A stretch of DNA of 64,000 nt from the human T2T-CHM13v2.0 reference genome, Homo sapiens: the NCBI RefSeq assembly GCF_009914755.1, contig NC_060925.1, one strand, 5' to 3'. The notes under the pieces are model-generated. The model was not told where the DNA came from and searched no databases. It was given only the letters and a program-made list of their open reading frames with translations. Of this stretch, positions 42,159 to 58,060 are shown one piece after another. The position numbers and the translations under genes were made by a program. Within the stretch, counting starts at the first letter, position 1. Every line of letters starts with the position of its first letter.

Positions 42159-42507
42159 AGAAGAGTATTTGTTCCAGTTTCAAGATAGAAATCTAAAACA
42201 TAAGGTGGATAGTGGCTGGCTGCAGATTGTGATTTGTAATGGGTCATGTGCTGTGCTGCTACAGAGCTGGCAAATAGTCCAGAGGTCTCAGTATTCTTTC
42301 TGTGACCCTCTCTATTTTATATTTACACTGTATTTATTGGAATTGACCAATTTTAAACTTCACTTTGCTATGGCATACAGTGTTTTTGTAACCTGTGAGC
42401 TTCTTGTGTAAAGCAGAAAATAATCTGTAATAGAGCAGGTAGCTCATTGAAAGCCTGTGGCTATGATGTAACCTTGCAAGTGTTCTCCTTGAAGGGCCCA
42501 CTCATCA

Positions 42508-42666
42508 TATTTGCTTTGTAATCCCTGCACTTTGGGAGGCTGGGGTGAGCAGATCACTTGAGGTCAGGAGTTCAAGACCAGCCTAGCCAACATAGTGAAA
42601 CCCCATCTCTACTAAAAATACAAAAATTAGCCAGGCATGGTGACACCTTCCTGTGGTCCCAGCTAC
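42508..42666 (+). repeat. Local duplicate of the 41879-42037 Alu segment
   Basis: Same 5' junction TATTTGCTTTGTAATCC and the same private variants. No tail or TSD. Confidence 0.8.
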
Positions 42667-44574
42667 AGAGGAGACAGACCAGAGTAAGGAAGAGGCCACT
42701 GTCCAATTTAGAGGCATGATATTCTCCTGATATTAGGGCAGAATCTGAGAAAACATTGACTGGGCTCATACATAGAGTCCTGTCCTATTGTCTCCAAACT
42801 GTGACTTTGTCTGCATGGTAAAGTTCTTCCATGAAAGATCTCAAAAGAGAAGTTAATGTTCCATAGAAGGTACTTCAATCATCGATGTCTCCACTGGGTG
42901 TTAGTATTGCTTCTTCTAGGGTGCTTTGATTATGTAATAGTATTTTTTAAGTGGGGGACATGCTTAAAATTTGAGAGGAAAAAACATTAAAGAGTTTTTT
43001 TTTTTTAAATCAGCCCACTCATATAAAACATCAGCTAAACAACGGACAAAATATTTTGTTACCCCTCAAATTTTTATTCCAATACCAAAGTATCTTCTCT
43101 GTTGAACAGCATCACTGGTAGAAAACTGTGGGCCAGGATGACCATAAGAGGGAGGCCCAGTTGTGAAAAGGAAAGACATTAGCAAAAGGCCTAATTTTGA
43201 TATTAGCAAATTTGAGATTAATTAGAAAATTAATTAGGAAATTAGGACAAGGTCTAATTTTGAGATTAGTAGATTTTTCTCTGCTCTCATTAACTTTGAA
43301 TTCGTTTTGATTCCTCGAGTGAGAGAACTCACCTCTCAGTGATTTGACCTCGGAGATGCTGGCCAAGCTTCGCTAAGCAGGAAATCATTTCTTGGCTGGT
43401 GTGCTTTTGAAACTTAACCGAGGAAACTGAATTCCAAAAATACCTAAGCAAAGTAAATGCTAGCAGCTTTAAACATTTTCCTAAAAATCAGGCAGAAAGC
43501 TCTAAAAAGAAGTCAGTTATGTTTGCTTCCTGTGGGGAGTTTCTCATAGGAAATATTTTAAAATAAAGTTTCTAGGAAGATTTTGTGAAGATCATTCTCT
43601 ATCTGATGTAATTTATGAAAGCTTATAAAGTTTAAGCATTCTTCTAAAATCTTTAAAGTGTTAATTTGTATTATATTTACTTAAATAATATTTATAGCTA
43701 TACAGTGAAAAGAAAGTCTTCCTCAGAGTTCTGTCCTTTAGTTTTATGGCTCATGTTCCAGGATAAGTCTCTGTATTCTATATACTTTAGAATGCGAGAG
43801 AGAAAAAACGAAACCAAGTAAACACAAAAGATTCTACTCCCCCCAACCCCCTCCAAAAAAACCCAAGGAAGAAATAAGCATCAGTGATGAAAGAACAGCA
43901 CTATAACTTGTCCCTTTCAGCAAGTAGATTTGTAAAATAAATACAGTTTCACATTATTAACCAATAGCAGTAGTTTGTCATAAAACCTAAATTCTTAGTA
44001 GAAAAGAGCATCAAAAATGATAATCCAGACTTGAAGATAGACTGTTGATATTTTCTTCCCCACAGGTATTTTAGGGAATTAGGAAATGTAAATAGGGAGA
44101 GGCTGGGAGCCATAAGAGCGTCGAGTCCCTATGCTCAGTCTGACTCATGTTTATTGAGAGCCTGGCCTGTGTAAGGCATTATTTAGATATTTGCAATTCA
44201 GAGATGATAGGAGATGCTTAGGTCTGAAGAGCCTTTATTTCCTTTTTGGTAAATCAAACATAACTTATTGATGGGGAACAAATAAGTGGCAAAACCAACC
44301 AACCACCCAACAGACAATGAGACAATGAAATAAAACAGAAAAAGGCAATGTTCAGGCAGTCAGTAGTTCCAAATTGAGAAAGCAAAGAATCAAGTGTCAG
44401 CACCATTGGTTGTAACCTTTACATCCCTAGGTAACTTCAATGCATCAACTCAACTGAGCTGAATTAAATGCTGTGCCTTTGTTCTCTCTTTATTTCATAG
44501 GAGTATTTGTATAAACCTGTCAGGAAATAAGGGCATTGGCAATAAGATACTTTCTTTGAGTCAAATACTAATTT

Positions 44575-44830
44575 TTTTTGTTTGATTTTTGTTTGTTTGT
44601 TTTTGAGACAAATTCTTGTTCTGTTGCCCAGGCTGTACTGCTGTGGTGTGATCATGGCTCACTGCAGCCTCCATCTCCTGAGCTTAAGTGATACTCCTAT
44701 CCAGTCTTTTTGTAGAGATGAGGTCTTACTATGTTGCCTGGGCTAGTCTCAAATTCCCAGCCCTAAGTGATTCTCCTGCTTTGGCCTCTCAAAGTGTTGG
44801 AATTACAGGCATGAGCCATCACACCTGGCC
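44575..44830 (-). mobile_element. Alu (J-like, partial)
   Basis: Alu sequence. Confidence 0.85.
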
Positions 44831-44870
44831 TTACATACTAATTTTTAAAAGTTTAATAAAAAGGGCACTA

Positions 44871-45182
44871 CTGGCTGGGTGTTGTGGCTCATGCCTGTAA
44901 TCTCAGCACTTTGGGAGGCCAAGGCAGGTGGATCACTTAAGCCCAGGAGTTCGAGACCAGCCTGGACAACATGGTAAGACCTCACCTCTACGAAAAATAC
45001 AAATATTTGCCAGGCATGGTGGCATGTGCCTGTGGTCCCAGCTACTCAGGAGGCCGAGGTGAGAGGATCGATTGAGGCTGAGAGGTCAAGGCTGCAGTGA
45101 GCCAGATCATGCCACTGCGCTCCAGCCTGGGTGCTGGGTGACAGAGCAAGACCCTGTCTCAAAAAAAAAAAAAAAAAAAAAA
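44871..45182 (+). mobile_element. Alu (J-like)
   Basis: Dimeric Alu with poly(A). Confidence 0.92.
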
Positions 45183-45227
45183 GGTAAAAGATAAAAGGGT
45201 ACAGCCATTTTCAGATAATGTGATTCT

Positions 45228-45442
45228 AGGAGTTCGAGACCAGCCTGGCCAACATGGTGAAACTCTGTCTCTACTAAAAATACAAAAATTAGCCGGGCGT
45301 GGTTGTGGGTGCCTGTAGTCCCAGCTGCATGGGAGGCAAGAGAATGGCTTGAACCTGGGAGGCGGAGGTTGCAGTGAGCCGAGGTTGCGCCACTGCACTC
45401 CAGCCTGGGTGACAAAGCGAGAATCTGTCTCAAAAAAAAAAA
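45228..45442 (+). mobile_element. 5'-truncated Alu with A/(TA)n tail
   Basis: Alu sequence. Confidence 0.9.
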
Positions 45443-46711
45443 ATATATATATATGTGTATATATATATATGATTTTTGGTTATAAAAGAAATGCCTGACT
45501 TGGAGTGAAGATTTCCTGGCTCATTGGAGGGATACACTTTCTGTGGTTACATGGTAAAGCCAGAGTGTTGCAGTTTCATCTTAGAACGGGCTTCAGAGAT
45601 GGAAGAGTTTTTTTTTAATTTGTAGACAATAGCAGGATCAAGAAAAGTACATAGTTGAGCTCTATTTACCTTTTTTAAAGAGGTTCTAAAAGCAGGGATT
45701 TTCTGTGTGTTGTAGTCAATGTATAAGATAGAAAAAGCTGCTTTTATAGTCAATGTGAATTTATAGACAAATACTGAAATGTACTTTTGTGCCTGTGTTT
45801 TTTTTGCTAGCTCATTAAAGACAGTTTATGTACCTATATTTAGAAAATCAATTGTCAAAATACATAAATTTTGAAAAGTGAGGAAATCAAGCAGATTTCA
45901 TTGAGTTACATTGTGTTCTCATTGTCTTATACTTATTCGAGTTTTGATTAATAATTTGATTTCATTTTACCAGATCTTTTTGTCATTTCTTTTCATGTTT
46001 AGCATGTGTACAACATACCATGTTGATTATTTTGAACTTAGTTAAATACTTGAGCATGCAGCATATTGCCTGGCATATAACAGGTGCTTAATAACTGTCT
46101 GAATTCATGAATTTAATAGATGGCTATTGTAATGTGTTGTATTAAGATGTTTGCTGATATAATTTTTTAATGGTATTTTTCCATTAACCAAGTATTTTCA
46201 GATATTAAAAGGGGGTTGTTATATAACATCCCAGAAATAAAATACTAATATTGGTCTTCAAAAATACGATTTTTTGGAGATCATAGTAAACTGGTTGACA
46301 TTTTAAAAAATTGTGTTATATGAAAACTATAGATAATATTCCTGGGAGTTGGAGTGGCATGTAGGGGGTAACAAAGTGTGAAGAGACTTTCTGTAGAAGA
46401 TTTAGAATAAATAGTCAAAAATGTTTCCAGTTAATAGAGATGCCAATATTTTAATTATTTTCCACCATATTAGTTTCTTTTCTGGGAGAGAAAGATATTA
46501 ATTATATTGTTGATTCTTACATTATGATTGGGCTGTACAAAATCTGAGCTAGTAATTCTCTAACCCTCAAATGCCATAGAAATTAAAGTTGAAAGTTGTT
46601 AAATTTTATGGGTTGTAGCACATCTTGAAGGTTAAGAGATGATGTTTGCCTTCTGTATATGTTAACTTTGTCTCTATGGTTACACTAACTCTTTTTATCT
46701 CCTCTTTCTAG

Positions 46712-46915
<204 letters not shown>

Positions 46916-48436
46916 TAGCAGTTTGGGAATTGATCTGTAGTGAGAAATATGGACTAGCAGTGGTGGAATGTTTACTCTTTAGATTTTATTTTCTACTAGT
47001 TAATGAGAGAATCTTGAAACTGCAATATGTAGCTTGAATTCCACAGTTATATAGGTATTTTAATAAAAAGAATACCTACCAAGGACATTTCTAGGAAAAA
47101 AAAATGTGTGTGTGCATGTGTGTATGTTTAAATGCATGAAATATGATATTATGGAAGATTTTAAAAGACTTGACGTGTTCGTTTTTTGGGAGAAGAGGAA
47201 ACCTTAGATTGCACAGGGGAGGATTGTTATTATTATTATCAATCCATTCATTAATTTATACAATTGTTTGCAGTAGGCAAACTGAATATAAATCCTGCAT
47301 ATATTATAGCTTCCCTAATAACTACAAGAGACTTTTCCAAAACTAATTTCAATTAGAAATTTTGTTCTCTGCAGACACTAACATGTCAGTATGAATTCCA
47401 CATGACCATGCTGTAGAGTTTTAGGTGGTGATTCTGGAATTTTCTATATATGCTGTGATTGGGCAAAAGCTTAGAAAGCAGAAACCATCAGAGCTAAAAC
47501 ATACTTGCAGGGATATGTGTGATATCAGCTGGGAATATGCTGGTTTAAAGGCAGGGAGCAGAGAGGTATCATTTCCCCTCATCCTTGGGGAGGGCTCGTG
47601 CTCCTCTGAAGCCATGGAAGCAACCCTGCTGAGTGACTTTTCAAGGGCCTCATTCTAAGGACCTTGAGGGAAGAGGGCACCAGCTACTAGACCTCAAACT
47701 CTGCCCCATCAACCCAAAAGCTCTAGGGGAAAAAGCCCAGCAGTATTGCTGGAAAAGCTGTCAGCTATTGCAGGGTGCAGGCTGAGAAGAGTGGCAGACT
47801 GTCAGCCAGGCTGTGGGCTGGGGCCTTGCTTGTAGCACTGAGGTGCCCAGCCCTGCCCACCTTTTGTCCCTTGATGTAGCTGCAATAAACCCTTGGCCTA
47901 CCCCTTGTGGCAGCATTCTTTCTTGCTCTGTAGATAGCATGGTATAGTACAAGGAATAGTGTCTAAGAGTCAGAAAACATGTTTTTCATCTTGAAGGGCT
48001 CTGTGATGATGCACTTTATCTCTCTCAGCTTTATTTAGTTTCCTTATCCGCAAAATGAGAGGGTTGGATGTAATGACCCCTACATTTCCTTTCAGTTCTT
48101 AGGATACTGAGAGTATTTGTAGTGCCAGCCAGGCTATTGCTTTTATTTTAAGAGCATACATGAAAAGCTGGCAGTTAGCATGAAGGTTCAGTGAAGTTCT
48201 GGTAAGCTGAATATTTTTTACCTTACATTGATAATGACTACTCATTTGAAATTGATGATTGACACTGTGATTGAAATATGGAAAAAGACTGTACTAATTT
48301 CTGGATTCAAGCCCTGTAAACAAACGTGTTTTTCCTGCAGGGTTTTGTGATGCTTTGTAAGCGTGTTATTTGTGGATCCTTTCTCATAAAGGATTGCCAT
48401 CAAGAAGAGGTCATTTGCCACTCTTCGCACGTCTTT

Positions 48437-50031
<1,595 letters not shown>

Positions 50032-50094
50032 ACTCTTCTCATTTCTTTACCCCTTTTTCCCTCCCTTGCATCTTCTCTCTCTTCTTTCCTTACT

Positions 50095-50400
50095 TATTTA
50101 TTTATTTATTTATTGAGACTGAGTCTTGCTCTGCCCCACAGGCTGCAGTGCACTGGTGCGATTGTAGACCATTGTATCCTCAGACTCCTGTGCTCAAGCG
50201 ATCCTCCTGCCTCAGCCCTCCCTAGAAGGTGGGACTGCAGGTGTGTGCCACCACAGCCAGCTAATTTCATTTTATTTTTGTAGAGACAGTGCCTTGCTTT
50301 GTTGCCCAGCCTGGCTTCAGGACTCCTGGCCTCAAGTGATCCCCCTGCTCTGGCCTCCCAAAGTGCTGGGATTACAGATGTGAGACACCACACCCAACCT
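50095..50400 (-). mobile_element. Alu (J-like) with (TTTA)n tail
   Basis: Dimeric Alu. Confidence 0.9.
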
Positions 50401-52937
50401 CTTCTTTCCTTTTTAACTCCTATTCTTCCTGTTTTGTTTAGTGTGGTTCTTCATTTTAGCAGGGTGCCTCTAGAACTTTGAAAGGATTAAATTAGATGCG
50501 TTGAGCTTGTCACAAAATACTCTGTGACAAAATATGTCTTCTGATGGAGAAGTTTCCACCACTTTAAAGCAACCAAAAGGGGAAAAAGCAGTCCTAGCAT
50601 GGTGGAAGAAGTGCTGAGTACAGCATGAGCTTGTCTTACACACTAGTTACAGTCTTGAGAAGCAGTGTGAAGTGATTATTCTTGAACTGGTCATGTCCCA
50701 ATTGATTTTTCTAATTTTGTAACTGTATTCCCCAGAGGGCTTTTTGACACAAACCCTTAATACACACGGAACTAAAAATTGGCAGTGGATCCTTAAAGAG
50801 AATTTTATGCCTTTCTTCGTATTGTTTGTATGTATTTACTTGTTGACAGTCTTGTAAGATAGTCAATAATATCCATTATACATATATCTCAGTTAAAATT
50901 TACATATATTAAATGTTGCTAGTTGGATAAGTGTCCGTTTTCTGGGGGAATCTTCTCTGGATACAAAAGACCTTTACCTTCGGAGCAGCCATGTAACTTA
51001 CATGAGGCAAGCTAGGTAGGTAGGTATATTTTATCAAACAGAAGTCTTTAAGAGTGAAGGTGTTCCTGTTCCTAAAATGTGGAATCGGCCCTCTGTTAAG
51101 TGGCATTGACTGACTAATAAAAGTATTTTGTACTAAGACAAACCTTTTTCTCAAAGCCTTAGTTTTCTCATTTGTAAAATTTGGATAATACCTGAGTTTC
51201 CTTATCTGCTTCACAGGATTATTGTAAAGATCAAATATCCAACTGCCTGTTTGATAGCTCCATATTATACATCTAAATGATACCTCAAATTTATTGTGAC
51301 AAAACAGAAGTTTTTATTCCTTCTCTCCCTAAATGTATTTATTTCCCAAGTCATTCCCTTTTTAGTAAGTGGACTACCATCAGTGACTTGCTAAATCAAA
51401 AGAGTAGTCATTTTGATTTCTTTTGTTCGCTCATCCCACATTCTACTTATTCGTAAGTTTGGTCAGCTCTACCTCTAAAACATATTGAATCAGAATGTAT
51501 CTTTCCATCTCTGTTGCTATCACCTAGCCCAAGCCACTGTCATTGTTCACCTGGATTATGACCACAGCTTTATATGTTGTCTCCTTTTTATATTCTTGCT
51601 TCCCATTAATTTAGTTGCCATACAACTGTCAGAGTAGTCTTTTAAAATTGTAAATTAGATCACGTCATTACCCTGTTTCAAATCTGTTATTGCTCACTGA
51701 TCTTGGCATAAAATTTATCCTTACCAATGCCATTAAGATCCTTTCTGATCTGACCCTCTCTACCTCTGTGGTCTCCTTGCTCAAGTTGCTCCCCTCATGC
51801 TGGACTTCTAACTGAAATTCCATGCTTGTTCCTACCAAAGAGCCTTGATATTTCTGTTCTATCTGGAATGTTCTTACTTCAGACCTCTGCATGCCTGGCT
51901 CTTTCTAATGTTACTTTCTCAGAGAGATTTTCTCTTAATTTCTACCCTGTTACCTCCACCCCTAGTCATCCTTTAGACCTTTGTTGCTTTATTTTCTTTA
52001 CAGCATGCTACTATTTGAAATTACTTTGTTTATGCATTTACTTGCTTATTATCTCTTTCCCAGACTAGAGGGTAAGGACTTTATCTGTTTTGTTCGTCGC
52101 TGTGTGTGGAGGGTGATAAAATATTTAACAAGGGGTTAGGCCGGGTATTCACCCGTTGAGTTGGAAGCTGGGACAGGGTCCTGGAGGCTTCTTGCTTTGC
52201 TGAATCTTGGGGAAGTCTAGGGCCTAGGGGGTGGGCGTGGGTCCCAAGGAAGAGACTAGGATGGCCAGTGTGGAGTGGAGTGGTGTGCTGTGGGCTGCAG
52301 CTATTTACCAACTGGTATAGAACTATTTCAGTATTTGAACACTATCAATTTAGAGCTGTGCCTGGTATGTAATGGGTGCTCTGTAAGTATCTTTTGAGTG
52401 AATGAATAATGGGATGACAAAACATGAAAGAAAGAAGGTAATATATGGGAAACTCCTGAAAATAATGAAGTTGGACGTAAGGTATAAAGTGGTGTCTTCC
52501 CCTTTACCAGAATATTTGTAGTCATGACTGAGCCAACTTTGGTTTTTAAAGATACAGAATCAAAGTAAAGAGCATAGACCAAGGGTAGTAACAAGTATAC
52601 AAAATTACATCACTACCTAGCCTTTTTTTAAAAAATAAACTTGTATTTTCCCAATTTTTTTGTGGTAAAATATACGTAACATGAAACTTGCTGTCTTAAC
52701 CATTTTAAAATGTACAGCTCAGTGGCATTAACTACTTTTCAACTGTTGTGCCACAAACACCATGGCTTACTTTTGAGTGTGCCATCTTGTGGCACTTTTG
52801 GTTTCTCTGTTAGATAATGACTTCAAGTATTTCACAGCTTTTGTGTTTCTATTTCCTTATATCTAAGTGGGGGGAGACTTTTTATGCTTTCTCTCATAGA
52901 GCTGTCATAAGGATCAAAAAGGAGATAAAATATAGAC

Positions 52938-53131
52938 CAAGCTTGTTTAACCTGCGGCTGGCTTTGAATGTGGCCTAACACAAATTCATAAACGTTCTTA
53001 AAACATTATGAGATTTTTTTTTTTTTTAAAGCTCATCAGCTATCCTTAGTGTTAGTGTATTTTATGTGTGGCCCAAGACAATTCTTCTTCTTCCAATGTG
53101 GCCCAGGGAAGCTAAATGATTAGACACCCTG
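52938..53131. mobile_element. MER30 (hAT-Charlie) non-autonomous DNA transposon
   Basis: MER30-like internal sequence and a perfect 8-bp TSD ATATAGAC (52930-52937 / 53132-53139). Confidence 0.85.
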
Positions 53132-55699
53132 ATATAGACCATCATGTTCAGTGATCTTAAAGCCAGGGTTGCTGGAATGATGTGGGCACTGGAGACCACA
53201 GTGACACTTAGCAGATGCTAGGCACCCATTTTAGGGATGCCTCTACTAGTAGAGCATCTCTTCACCCCCTGCATTGTGACATTGTGCTCCTTGAGATGGA
53301 AGGCTCAGATTTAAGAAGAGACCAGCTTTGTCAGAAAGGTGTTTCCCTTCCAGGGCAACACTCAGTGCAGTTTTGAAGTTAGGATGTTTAGATCATTGTA
53401 GCATCTAAAACACTCTGATATGAGTTTGAAAAAGATGGCTTTTTAAAATTATGAGTATGAATTAATTAGGTTCTTGCCATGTGCTTAAAGACCAAGTCTT
53501 CACTAGTACCTGTGTTACTATATTGTTTTCAGTTTTGCAGGCCTAGGTCAAGGAGAATTTGGATCAGGTCACCGTGACTGAAGAATTGGAAAATAATATG
53601 TATGAGAAGATGTTAAAATAAGTGTGACTGTATAGCTTAGAAAATTAAGTTCAGAGTTAAAGAAATACAGTTTTTTTTTCTGTTATGTGGAGGATGCTTA
53701 AACAGAGGTGGTAGCCACATTATATACTTTCCTTACCCACTTGTTAAGTCTTTGCATTGCTAAATTAGAGGTCTACATTGTGGATTAACTGAGACTAGCC
53801 TGAACCAGATGTCATGTCTGAATTGGGAATAACAAGCCTGAGGTTTTTAGACTGTCTAACCATGTCTGTGTTGGCTATTTATTTTGTAGACTACACTTAA
53901 GACCTAAGTAGTTATACTCTACTGCTAAGTCTGTGACTAATTGCAAAGAAGCCATTCTCCATTTGGCTTAGTGGTTGTGAGCAATGACTTTAACATAGCC
54001 ACAGGCTCACTGGGCTTTGAATCCAATTGTTAGTTGTATGCCCTGAGCAAGTTAACTTATCCAAACTCCTGTTTTTTTCATCTTTAAAATAGGCATAATA
54101 ATACCCTATTTTACTTGCGGTGAGGACTGAAGGAGGTCATTTATATAAAGGTGTCATCGGTGCAGTGTCTGACGTTGTATGCACTTAGGAATGTCTGGTG
54201 GCCCTGGCAGGGAAGCTGTGTGGCCTTCCACAAAGTTTTCTGACCCAGTCTCCTACTTCCTATCACTCACTTTTGTGCGTAGACCCTTTGGGCTACCTCC
54301 CTGATGATCGGACAGCTACTTCCCCTCTTTCTGTCTGCCCATCTTCCTCTTGTCCATCATATTTTTCACTTAAATACTTCCTTGGCTCAGTAACAACACT
54401 CATATGGTTGTTAATCTGATTATTGCTTAGTATAATTCACTGGAAGGTAGGAGTATATTTCTCTCCAAGGATGTTATTTTAAGGGAATATTTTGTTTAAA
54501 CCAAATGAATTTGTGAGATCTGTAGTCAGGTATTCATTAGTTCAGTAAATCTTTGTTTAGCTACTATGAGCCCTTCCTAGCACTATGGTAGGTTCTAGGG
54601 AATAAAATATATATACATATAAACAATGCCTAGCTTAAAATGTGGGACAGGTGAGCAATAAACAATTGTTTAAAGCGGGCAATAGGTACAATTGGGTAAA
54701 TATGAATTTATCTAACAAATGTTTTTTTGAGGTATTTTCATGTAACAGGCCTTGTTCCTGGAGTTGAGGATACTAAGGTGAATGACTCCCTGCCTGTTGG
54801 TGTGGGTGTGGAGGGCTGGGTTCAGACCTGGAGAGAGGGGAGGTTCCAAGATGGTCAATCCCAGCAGGCCAGGTTGCTGAGGAACCATCAGACAGGGAGA
54901 ATAGCATGAAGGTGATGATGCTTTTTCTGGTGGTAGGGGAGTGAAGGGAGGCTGGAAGAAAACTAGTTATTTTAAATTTTTAATTTAATTTTATTTTAAA
55001 TGTCCGTTTTGAAAAGGGGATAATCTAATGAGAAGATAGGGGTGTTTTTTTCCCTTACAATTAAAAAAACTTTAAAAAGTGGAGTAACCACATTGTAGAA
55101 GAAATGTGGAAAAATTCTCTCGCAGTTCTAAACCTGAATTATTTATTAGGTGTGATTGCAGTGTAGTTTTTTGAGCCTTTTAAAATTTAGCCTATGTATG
55201 TTTTGCCATTTTGCTATTCAGGTGACCAAATAATATTTCATTTAGAGAGAATACCATTGTTTAACATTTTAGATTTCTTTCAAAATTTTTTATAATGTAA
55301 CACATCTCTTTCTATATTATAAGTGTTTCTTTTCGTGGATTTTTGTCTTTAGAGTGCCAGAAATAGGGTAAATAATTTTAAATTTCAGAGTTTTTAAGAC
55401 TCTTGGAGCATATTGCTATACTTAAGCAAGTTTATACTAAATTTGGTATTATGTGAAATCTCCAATTTCATGTAAACTTTGCATATTGGGTATGAACATT
55501 ACAGTTTTAGAAATTTAATTGGTGAAAAATGCTACCTCATTGTTTTAGTAATCATTTTTTTGATTAATGAGGTTGATTATTCTCATGTTTTTATTTATAG
55601 ATTTATTAACTGTTTGAAAACTTTGTGTTTTTATATTTGTTTCCTATATTTAGACCATTTTAGAGTGGATAAGTGCTATTAGCCTCCATTAAAAAAGTA

Positions 55700-55850
55700 A
55701 GTTAGCCAGGTACAGTGGTGGGAGCCTGTAGACCCAGCTACCTGGAGACTGAGGCTGGAGGATTGCTTGAGGCCAGGAGTTTGAGGTTGCAGTGAGCTGT
55801 GATCACACCACTGCACTCCAGCCCAGACCCTGACTCAAAAAAAAAAAAAA
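55700..55850 (+). mobile_element. Alu right-arm fragment
   Basis: Single arm with poly(A). Confidence 0.8.
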
Positions 55851-57102
55851 GATGAAGTCATTTTATCTGTGTCTATTTGTTTCAATAGATACAGACTACT
55901 AGAAATCATGCCCATCAGTCCAAGTTTCTGTAAAAAATTAGGAAGTCCATAGACCTTTCCTGCTGTTACTCATTAGAATGTCAGAATGCTCTATTAAATA
56001 CTTCTGTATACCTGAATATAAATGTGCTTAATTGGAACTGCTGATAATGGACCTATTGATTTTTGAACATTAAGCCGTCTGCTGAGTATACAGAAATTTT
56101 AACAGAACAGTATTATTTAAAAGTGGTTAGAGTGTGTGTGTTTAAATCATTGGACACTGATATACCCAGACAATTAACTGTGATTTTGTTTTTGTTTTTA
56201 TTGTTTGGACCAAGTATATTATTTTGCTTATATTTTGACTCACAATTCTGTAAATTCTGATTTCAGAACTACTTTACATTGACATTAAAAAACTGTAGAT
56301 TAAATAAATGTCATTTAAAATGTAGGTAAAATTATCAAAAAGTTGGTTCAAAATAATAAAGGCATTTACTTTAAATATTTATTGAACCAATAATATATTA
56401 GATGTCAGCTACTAGTGTTCTGTCATCCTTCTCTGTGGCTTGTTGGTAAATCTAACGGCAGTGTTTGCTTCTGCTTATAGAAGTTAGTGGAGAGGAAGGG
56501 AGGGGAGGCACATGGCTGGGGCTGGGCAATTTCCTGTTTGCAGTTCCTTCCTTTTGTAGTTTGATAGGCAACTCTTTTGTGATGTTGCCTGTAAATGGGC
56601 CAGTCTTTTATCTTTGTAGGCTTGTATTTTTGGTGGCTTTGAAACAGATCAGGCTCCTTAAACTCATACAGCATTTTCAATTTCAGACTCTTTGAGACTG
56701 GACATTCTGTTAGCCTTCTGCATATGGGTAGAGCAGTGTCACCTCTTAACTTTTCTTGCCTGTTTCATTTAGCTGTGGGCGAGGAAAATTAGCTGTTTGC
56801 TTTTCATTACTGGAAGATTTATCAAGTTAAGGTGCATCAATCTTTTCAGTTTTTTTTTCTTTTTTTCTTTTGGCATCCTGATAATAAACTTCCTTTGTGT
56901 TGTAAATAAGCTCTCAAATTTATATACACATACACAGCTGCACACACAGGCATACATACTCACTGCATTTAGTACTATATATTTAGTAGGGATGCACTGT
57001 GTATGCTTACAGTAATTTACTCACAAATTTCTGAATCTTATCAGTAGCTTTGGAATAACATATACTTTCTGTGTGAAGAAGCTAACATCCATTTGTTTCA
57101 TT

Positions 57103-57140
57103 TTAGGTTGGTGCAAAAGTAATTGCGGTTTTTGCTACTT
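57103..57140 (+). mobile_element. MADE1/Hsmar1 single TIR fragment
   Basis: TTAGGTTGGTGCAAAAGTAATTGCGGTTTTTGC, no second arm. Confidence 0.8.
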
Positions 57141-57707
57141 CAAACAATATATACTGAATTAAGGGGATGTACTTTTTTTTAGCACTTGAAATTATTTATT
57201 TACCAGTTTATTATCTCTCCCTTTAAGGGAAAGGACTTTGTCTTATTTTCCACAATAGCCCCAGTATCTAGAACAATGTCTGACACATCCTAAGCGTTCA
57301 ATAAGTGTTTGTGAAATGAATGACTGTTTAATTGATAAATAAGTCTTGGTTGACTTCCACAGTTTTGTGGAAGTTTAATATGGAGTAATTTAAAACCTGT
57401 GATGTGCTTAAAGATAAATTATGAAGTCGGTACTAATTGTAAAAATAACAGCAAGAATCAGTGTTGCAAAGCATTAACTAATTTTCTTAAAGTTACTGAG
57501 TAAAACAAAGTGTGTTATATAGAACTGAAATGGGCTTTGTTAATACTGTACATACAAACATTTGAAATTAATATTGTGGATAATAATGTTAATTTTACTC
57601 TCAGCATTGTTTCTGTTTTTCTCAATAGGTGAAACTACTTATTTATACATATAAGTATTTGCTACTAAGTGTCAACGATTTTTTTAACAGCCATCCTTGC
57701 AGTCTCA

Positions 57708-58060
<353 letters not shown>

